Assembly (NCBI GenBank): GCA_965203355.1
Contig: OZ241889.1
Coordinates: forward strand, 1,408,001 to 1,472,000
Reading direction: 5' to 3'
Origin: Candidatus Latescibacterota bacterium
Lineage (GTDB): Bacteria > Latescibacterota > UBA2968 > UBA8231
DNA: 64,000 nucleotides
The notes beneath the pieces are model-generated. The model did no database searches. It was given only the letters and a program-made list of their open reading frames with translations, and was not told the DNA's origin. This document shows, piece by piece, positions 57,927 through 64,000 of the stretch. How positions within the stretch are numbered: position 1 is the first letter of the stretch; each line of letters opens with the position of its first letter. A program made the translations under genes and the position numbers.

Positions 57927-59945
57927 TCAATAGGCGACGGTGATCGCGTGTGCGCGGGTGCGCGTGCCCAAGTCGATCTCGACCGCTAGCTGCACCAAGT
58001 AGAGGCCGGGCGGTACCAACTGCCCACCCGCGTCCCGGCCGTCCCAAGCCTGCGCGTGGGAGCCGGCTTGGGACGGGGTGCTGAGTAGGGTGGCGACGCG
58101 GCGGCCGGCGAGATCGCGCACGGCCAGGGTGGTCGGTGCGCCGTTGACGCCAAACAGATCAAAGGCTGCGACGACGATGTCGTTGGCTCCGTCGCCGTTA
58201 GGCGTTAAGACGGGCGAAGACAACCGCAGCGCACCCAAGACGCTCAGCGCTTCCTCGGTGGCCACCACTTGGATGCTGTTGCTGGCGACATCTGCGCGCG
58301 CATCGCCCGATTCAATCGACTGGGGCAGGAGGACGGCCTGTGGATCGCGGTTGATCAACTGCCCCTCTAAAAAGAGCGACGCTTGGTAGATCGCGCTGCG
58401 GTAGCGCACTCGAAACGACGCGTCCTCGGCGAAGGTGCGCGGAAACGCGAAGCTGAATTTGTTGGGCGTGGCGACAAAGGAAAAATCCACGCCTTCTTGC
58501 GCGGGCACTTGGTCGATTTCCAAGTCGAGAAAGCGCGCGCCCGGCGGCACGGTTAATTCGATCGCGTCAAACCCCACGCGGTCGCTGGTGGCAAAAACGG
58601 TGCGAATATCATAGACAAAGGTAGTATCCACGCCCAGCGGTACCTTGGGGGCGGCGTGCGGCCCGGCGAGCGAGATCTCGGCCAGTACGCTGTCGGCCAA
58701 CAGAGGGGAGACCTCAAAGGCCACGCTGTCTAGCACGCCAAAGGCAAAGGGATGCTCGGTCGCGATTTCAAAGCGAAACTGGAAGAACGCCCCGCCATCG
58801 GCCGAGCGCACCTCGTCGCCCGATTCCACGTAGGCAATGGACCAAGGCGTCCAATGCTCGGTGTCTTCTCCTCGGCGCGCTTGGAACCCCGGGGCGTGCT
58901 CGTTGCTGGCGTGTACCACGCGCGGCGCGTCTTGGTAGGTTGGGCGATCCACTTTGAGAAGGCGGCTGAGTTCGTCGTAAATAAAGTGGTCTGTTGGATC
59001 GCTGTCCGTACCGGAGCGCGTCTGGATGACGAGTTGCACTGGGGCGGTCGGGTCTTCGACGATGCGGCCGGAACGGGTCTGCCGGTAGCGAGTGAAGTGC
59101 CAAGTAATCCGGCCGAGGCTCACTGGTTCGCCAAAGGACTTGACTTGCGACAAGTAGCGTGCCACTTGGGGATAGCCGCGGCCAAAGGCCTGTAGCTCGG
59201 CGAGGATGCCCAGCGATGTGACGCCGCCGAACTTGAAGCGCAAAAAGCGCGTGAAGCGCAGGGGCGGTCGCAGCGACACAATGCTTTGGTTGTTGGAAAA
59301 GGTGCTGCCGACGAGCTCGTCGAGCGGGTGGTAGCCGGGCGACCCGAGCGCGATGGCCTCATCCGCGAAAATGAGCCAGTCGGCGGGCGTGTTGGTGCGC
59401 GTCACTTCGTAGCCCACGGGGAAGACGTTGCGCTGGCGTCTGTTGTCATCGGTGAAGCCGCTTTGGGGCGGAAAGAAGACGAGGCTATCGAGGGCGATGG
59501 GCACGCCTAAGTCGAGCGTGAAGAAGATCTCGGCATTGGGCCGTCCGTCGATGTTCGGTGGATGGACGAAAGAAGCGGTCAACTCGTCGCCATCTATGAG
59601 GCCGCGCATCACCGATCCATTGCCGCCCCACATGCGTGGATGCCAGCCTACATATTGGTTTTCGGTCGCTAGCCGAGCGGGGTCTTTGGTAAAGGCCCAC
59701 GGATAGTCAAAGATGTTGACCTGAGCGGCCACACCCGTTGCGCGCACCAAGCCGCGCAGCACGTTGCGCCCCGGCGGCACGGCCCGAGGCTGGACGGCTC
59801 CGAGGCGCACGGAATCGTCGAGGGCGATCCAGCGCTCGGCTCCTGCGGCCCAAGGTTCGCCACTTGAGCCGACAACCCATGCCGACGCTTGTCCCCAAGC
59901 CGCCCCAGCCCACAATAGCAGCGACATCAGCGAGAAAGCGGTCAA
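57927..59945 (-). CDS. Exported protein with discoidin-like module and TPNGDG/FlgD-Ig C-terminal domain
   Basis: AGGAG + TTG 59945 overlapping the upstream TGA; LIDGD...TLDLG; LTPNGDGAND...WDGRDAGGQLVPPGLYL...VAY. Confidence 0.75.
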   Translation of the reverse strand: MTAFSLMSLLLWAGAAWGQASAWVVGSSGEPWAAGAERWIALDDSVRLGAVQPRAVPPGRNVLRGLVRATGVAAQVNIFDYPWAFTKDPARLATENQYVGWHPRMWGGNGSVMRGLIDGDELTASFVHPPNIDGRPNAEIFFTLDLGVPIALDSLVFFPPQSGFTDDNRRQRNVFPVGYEVTRTNTPADWLIFADEAIALGSPGYHPLDELVGSTFSNNQSIVSLRPPLRFTRFLRFKFGGVTSLGILAELQAFGRGYPQVARYLSQVKSFGEPVSLGRITWHFTRYRQTRSGRIVEDPTAPVQLVIQTRSGTDSDPTDHFIYDELSRLLKVDRPTYQDAPRVVHASNEHAPGFQARRGEDTEHWTPWSIAYVESGDEVRSADGGAFFQFRFEIATEHPFAFGVLDSVAFEVSPLLADSVLAEISLAGPHAAPKVPLGVDTTFVYDIRTVFATSDRVGFDAIELTVPPGARFLDLEIDQVPAQEGVDFSFVATPNKFSFAFPRTFAEDASFRVRYRSAIYQASLFLEGQLINRDPQAVLLPQSIESGDARADVASNSIQVVATEEALSVLGALRLSSPVLTPNGDGANDIVVAAFDLFGVNGAPTTLAVRDLAGRRVATLLSTPSQAGSHAQAWDGRDAGGQLVPPGLYLVQLAVEIDLGTRTRAHAITVAY

Positions 59946-61951
59946 TACGCCACTCCTATAAGTTGCGTCGCGGTGGTCGAGGCGATATCCGAGCGTACCC
60001 CAATCCGACATAGGTATAGACCGGGCGCGACCCTTGTGCCGGTTCCATCCCGACCGTCCCACGTTTCGCGATAGGCTCCCGCGGCCTGGGGCGCGGCAAT
60101 CAGCGCCCGCACCCGGTGGCCGGAAAGGTCAAAAATTTCGATGACCAGCGGCACCTCGCCGGCAAATTGCGCCAGCACCGCAGCGATTTCGACTGCGTCG
60201 TTGACTCCATCGCCGTTGGGCGTGAGTACCGAGGTTGAGAGATGGGCTGCAACCGAGGGCGTGGTGCTGGCGGCGAAAATGTGGATGGTCCCCGTACCCA
60301 CCGCGGCACTGGCATTGCCGGCCGCGATCGGATGCGGCGGCCCGTCGTCGTCGCCGAGCAAAAAGGCGTTTAGCGGTGTATGGTACTCCAGCACCCGCAG
60401 CCTAAAGGTCAGTCGCATAGGCTGGTTGTTTTGGCGCGTCACTGGCGGAAAAAAGACGTGGAAGCCCTCGGCGACAGGCTCGACCTCGACGGCAGCTACC
60501 TCGACGAGCGGATCGCCCATTTGCAGCCGCTCAAAGACGGGTGGCGGAAAGGCAGTGAGCTTGAGCCCGCGAAAGCCCGCTAGATCGTCTTCGGCGAAGT
60601 GGGTGAGGATGTCGCAGACAAAGGAAGTATCGACCCCGCTCGGAACGGCCAAGACGCCGCTGGCGGGACTGAGATCAGTGGCCAGCGCGACTTCGCCGAC
60701 GGCCGTGCTGACCAGTTCGGGAGAAAACTCCACCACCAAGCTATCGAGGCGCATGGTGCTCGCGGCATGTCCGTTAAAAAAGACGCGGAACTGCAAGAAT
60801 TCGTGCGGGCTTGGCAGTTCCAACGGCATGACGACCGTAGCCGACGAATCGAGTTGCAGCGGTGGAGTCCAAGCACTCCAATTCTCCACGTCTGCGCGGA
60901 TGTCGGCCTGCACAAAATCGCGCGCTGGCCCGACCTCGGCCAACGGTAGCGAGAGATATTCGGTCCGCGTCACTTCTCCTAGCACCGCGCCCGTGATTGG
61001 ATCGCGGCGGTACAGGGCGCGTCTGGGGAGATTGTTGTACTCGGACAGAGACACTTCTTCGCGGACCCCCGTGTCGCGGTCGCGGCGAAAGTAGGCGATG
61101 GGCGTGTCGTCCATGCCGCTGCGTAGCTGCAAGCGCATTTTCGCGGTGGCACCTGCTGCGCCACGGCCCAACCGCTCAGCCCGCACCACGAGCCGCCCGA
61201 AGTTCACGGGCCGTCCAAAGGAGTGGAGCTGCGAGACATAGCTGGACACCGGCACGAATCCCTCGCCGTACACCGCAAATTCCGCGAGGTTGAAGGGATT
61301 GCGCGAGAGCACCTTGAGCCGGAGAAAGCGGCCCTGTACTCCGTTGAAGGAAAGCTCGACCACTGGGTCTTTGTTGTCCTCGACGCGGCTCAGCAGGCGA
61401 TAGACTGGCCGCTTGACCTCGTCGAACTGCTCGCCGTCGCTCACCCGCAGTTCAAATGCCTTGATGAACCAATCGCGGTCGCCGGGTGCTGGCGCAAAGC
61501 GCACGCGTTCTATGGGAAAAGGAGCGCCGAGATCCCAGAAAAACGTGGCCCCCGCTTGGTTGCGCGCCGTTCTGAATGCGGCTTCGGACGAGCTCGCAGG
61601 GTCGCCGTCAACGAGCCGCAAGGGGCCGTTGACTTGGTTGAAGGGGCCGTCGTTAGACCACGTGCGCGGTTGGCCCGGCTTGGTGAAGTCGCTGGGGCTG
61701 CCATTGAGCCAAGTCTGACCTGCGGCCCGCAGCAACTCCATTAGGTTTTGGCCGCGGCGCAGTTCGAGCGGTTGTAGCTCACCCGCTACCCCAACGGTTC
61801 CGTTCTGGATGTCCGCTTGAGAAGCCCACGATAAGCCGCCGCGGCCGATGTGGTATGTTTCCACCTCGGCTAGCCCGGGCCGCACCCCCAGCCCTAATAA
61901 CATGCAGACAGCGGCGAATCGGCCAAGCGGAAGGCAGCAGGGGGACCGCAT
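59942..61951 (-). CDS. Exported protein with discoidin-like module and TPNGDG/FlgD-Ig C-terminal domain
   Basis: Signal peptide; LVDGD...WDLG; LTPNGDGVND...IFDLSG...WDGRDGTGTRVAPGLYL...VAY. Confidence 0.75.
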   Translation of the reverse strand: MRSPCCLPLGRFAAVCMLLGLGVRPGLAEVETYHIGRGGLSWASQADIQNGTVGVAGELQPLELRRGQNLMELLRAAGQTWLNGSPSDFTKPGQPRTWSNDGPFNQVNGPLRLVDGDPASSSEAAFRTARNQAGATFFWDLGAPFPIERVRFAPAPGDRDWFIKAFELRVSDGEQFDEVKRPVYRLLSRVEDNKDPVVELSFNGVQGRFLRLKVLSRNPFNLAEFAVYGEGFVPVSSYVSQLHSFGRPVNFGRLVVRAERLGRGAAGATAKMRLQLRSGMDDTPIAYFRRDRDTGVREEVSLSEYNNLPRRALYRRDPITGAVLGEVTRTEYLSLPLAEVGPARDFVQADIRADVENWSAWTPPLQLDSSATVVMPLELPSPHEFLQFRVFFNGHAASTMRLDSLVVEFSPELVSTAVGEVALATDLSPASGVLAVPSGVDTSFVCDILTHFAEDDLAGFRGLKLTAFPPPVFERLQMGDPLVEVAAVEVEPVAEGFHVFFPPVTRQNNQPMRLTFRLRVLEYHTPLNAFLLGDDDGPPHPIAAGNASAAVGTGTIHIFAASTTPSVAAHLSTSVLTPNGDGVNDAVEIAAVLAQFAGEVPLVIEIFDLSGHRVRALIAAPQAAGAYRETWDGRDGTGTRVAPGLYLCRIGVRSDIASTTATQLIGVAY

Positions 61952-61956
61952 GATTA

Positions 61957-62676
61957 TCAGTTCAATGGAACCGCGCTATGGGGCGCGTTTCCCTTGAGTA
62001 CCTCGCGCTCGAAAGAGACGCTGAGGTCAATGGTCTCCACGGGTTCGTTGTCGAAATTGAAGCGGATGGCAATATCGGCGATTTCCACTTGGATGCGCTG
62101 TATTTCATCGTCCAAGCGAGGAAAGACGATGTACCCTTCCTCGGCGCGGCCGCTGAAGATGAAGGCATTGGTGAACATGGTTTGCTTGAGAATGTCGGTG
62201 CGCGTTCTGAATTCGATGCGGCCTTGGCCGGAGTTGGCCTGCCAATACGCTTGGTAGTATTCGTACAGCTCGGCGTAGCTCAAGGCGCGGTAGATTTGAT
62301 TGTTGGCCGCTTTGATCGTGGCCTTGAGCGGGTCGATGACGACTTTGGGGAACTGGTAGTTGGCAACGCCGAGCTTCATCACCATAAAGCGGGAAGGCGT
62401 CCAGTCGTCGCCGGGTGGGACCCAATCGCCAAAGGTATAGGGATTGACCGCGGCTGCGCCGCCGGTTGAGGCTTGGGGAAATTGCCGGTTGAGTTCGGCG
62501 TCGGTCATGGGCTTGAGCGTGATGGCCAGCCGCTCGAGTTCGTAGGTGACGGAGCCATCGTCGTTGACGGCCAGGCCCTCGGCCTGTTGGAGCGCGGGCC
62601 GCAGGGGTTGGGGGAAATAGCGTCCACAGCCGCTGACGAGAAAGATGAGCACCGCGACCCATAAGCATCCGCGCAT
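61957..62676 (-). CDS. Hypothetical lipoprotein
   Basis: MRGCLWVAVLIFLVSGC lipobox; NPYTFGDW, Ig-like C-terminus (EGYIVFP). Confidence 0.75.
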   Translation of the reverse strand: MRGCLWVAVLIFLVSGCGRYFPQPLRPALQQAEGLAVNDDGSVTYELERLAITLKPMTDAELNRQFPQASTGGAAAVNPYTFGDWVPPGDDWTPSRFMVMKLGVANYQFPKVVIDPLKATIKAANNQIYRALSYAELYEYYQAYWQANSGQGRIEFRTRTDILKQTMFTNAFIFSGRAEEGYIVFPRLDDEIQRIQVEIADIAIRFNFDNEPVETIDLSVSFEREVLKGNAPHSAVPLN

Positions 62677-62733
62677 AGTACGTTCTCTCTCCCTAAGACA
62701 GTTTAGATCGCTTGGCGTCGTCGGCAAAGATGC

Positions 62734-62768
62734 AAAAGTGGGCGGGTGCCTGATACGCGCACCCGCCC
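62734..62768 (-). terminator. Intrinsic terminator / attenuator after the first gene of the surface operon
   Basis: Minus strand GGGCGGGTGC-9nt-GCACCCGCCC followed by ACTTTT; a second hairpin GGAGCGGCT...AGCCGCTCC at 62794-62833. Confidence 0.7.
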
Positions 62769-62840
62769 GGAAGAGCATGCTCGAGGTGAGGTGGGAGCGG
62801 CTCCACGACGGCGTTTTGCCGCGAAGCCGCTCCGAGGGGT

Positions 62841-63782
62841 TTAGCGGTGGAAGGAGTCTTTGATCTGCGCCCAAGTGGACTCTTCCACGGCCGTTACGTC
62901 GGCGGCGGCGTACTCGCCGATGCGCAGCAACAGGGCGTGAGCATAGTACTGCCGCGCTGAGGCTTCGGGGCCGCGCGTGGTCATGTCGTTGACCACCGAA
63001 GAGACGCGGTCGCCGTCGTCGCCTGTTGGCTCGCTGTCCTCAGCCCACAGGTTGAAGCCGATGCCCGCGCCGTCTTCCCCGGCGACAGAATCCAACTGGA
63101 AGGTCTCGCTGACCGACGGCCCGCCGTCTTCCATGAACCGCTTGACCTCGTAGTTCCACTCGTAATACGTGGTTCCACCAGCGTCCCAAACGTCAGCGGC
63201 CCAGGCTTCGGGTGGATCAACGCGGACGGCAAACTCAATGACCTCGTTGTTTTCCTGCCAGGCTGGGGGCTTATCGTCTTGAGTCCAGCGATAGCGCACG
63301 TTCTGCGGCGGGACCATGTCGCCCGGGCGGGCGATGTATTCCATGACCCAACCGGTGCCAAATTCGCGGCCGTGATCCGTTGGATCGAGGGCAAACTCGA
63401 TCATGTCGGCGTTCCACTGCTCGACGTTGGTGCCCCAATGGCAGAGGATGTCATCGACAATTTCCATGTGTACGTACCAGCGGTTGACATCGCCGCCTTT
63501 CCAGCCCATGAGGGTGGTGACGTTGTAATCGTCGCGTTCGGGCAGGGGACGATCGGCTTCGTCGCGCCACTCATCCATGGTGAGGGTGTACTCGGGATCG
63601 AACCAGCCCCAGTCGCTGGCGTCGGCATCGGCCATCATGGCGCTGGGATCCGGGACTTCGAGCATGTAAAACTCAAAGCCGAGCCGGCCATTGCGATTCT
63701 CGAGGGCCGGCGGATCGTCGAATTGAGCGTTTGCGGCTCCGATTAAGGCTAGGCCAAAACCGCAGGCGATCAATAACCTCAT
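62841..63782 (-). CDS. Exported acidic protein, CBM9/DOMON-like, with C-terminal TAVEESTWAQIK motif
   Basis: RBS AAGGAG; signal peptide (ANA-Q); ADASDW...MGW...WYVHMEIVDD...DMIEFALDP; ends VTAVEESTWAQIKDSFHR. Confidence 0.7.
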   Translation of the reverse strand: MRLLIACGFGLALIGAANAQFDDPPALENRNGRLGFEFYMLEVPDPSAMMADADASDWGWFDPEYTLTMDEWRDEADRPLPERDDYNVTTLMGWKGGDVNRWYVHMEIVDDILCHWGTNVEQWNADMIEFALDPTDHGREFGTGWVMEYIARPGDMVPPQNVRYRWTQDDKPPAWQENNEVIEFAVRVDPPEAWAADVWDAGGTTYYEWNYEVKRFMEDGGPSVSETFQLDSVAGEDGAGIGFNLWAEDSEPTGDDGDRVSSVVNDMTTRGPEASARQYYAHALLLRIGEYAAADVTAVEESTWAQIKDSFHR

Positions 63783-63925
63783 GATTGCTCTCCTTTCGTG
63801 GTTTGAGCAAACTTGCAGCCTTTGCAAGCTGTGATATGCGGAATAGCGATCAAATCGCGGCGGGTAATAATACAACTGCAAAAAATAAAGCGCAATGTAA
63901 AATTGTCTCGATTTGGGCCCGAAAA

Positions 63926-63959
63926 TGGACGTGGCGGCGGCCAAGAGGCATACTTAAAC
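63926..63959 (+). promoter_or_regulatory. Putative promoter TGGACG-17-CATACT pointing out of the window
   Basis: TGGACG TGGCGGCGGCCAAGAGG CATACT TAAAC; near copy of 47824-47857. Confidence 0.5.
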
Positions 63960-64000
63960 AGCCGTCAGAATCGGACGGATAGGACCGGGAATAGGCTTCG

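Noticed and set aside
1-64000. tRNA, rRNA or prophage genes
   Set aside because: None recognised; no structural phage genes or integrase seen.

Overview
A GC-rich bacterial chromosomal window. The gene content (PhyH-HEAT, Gfo/Idh/MocA, ASPIC/UnbV, FlgD-type CTD proteins, a C-terminal 'TAVEESTWAQIK' motif) suggests Candidatus Latescibacterota or a related, possibly sponge-associated, FCB-group lineage; this is inference only. From left to right: (1) partial glcF, a nucleoside 2-deoxyribosyltransferase and murB. (2) A ~10 kb defence island coupled to murB: hsdR, fic, a fused hsdM-hsdS split by an IS5-family element, a hicB/hicA'-ABC ATPase-TOPRIM-like cassette bracketed by 97-bp direct repeats of the hsdS 3' end, and an Rpn nuclease. 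(3) A hydroxyacid-oxoacid transhydrogenase, then a hisI-pncA-pncB-aminotransferase-nadE NAD salvage operon interrupted by a 2-kb lipoprotein insert. (4) A lower-GC three-gene toxin-antitoxin-like cassette. (5) An MFP-RND-RND-ABC-DUF1854 export operon with a TetR gene, a second fic gene, and nrfHA with a CxxCH-type NrfA. (6) A MITE whose ends are identical to the IS5 element, then a TPR-ASPIC/UnbV-PPIase operon. (7) Converging on it, an ~11 kb operon of uncharacterised exported proteins: one CBM9-like protein, a lipoprotein, three paralogues with TPNGDG/FlgD C-terminal domains and a large putative outer-membrane protein. This last operon is the best candidate for an undescribed cell-surface or secretion system. 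All product calls come from motif recognition by eye; no database searches were run.
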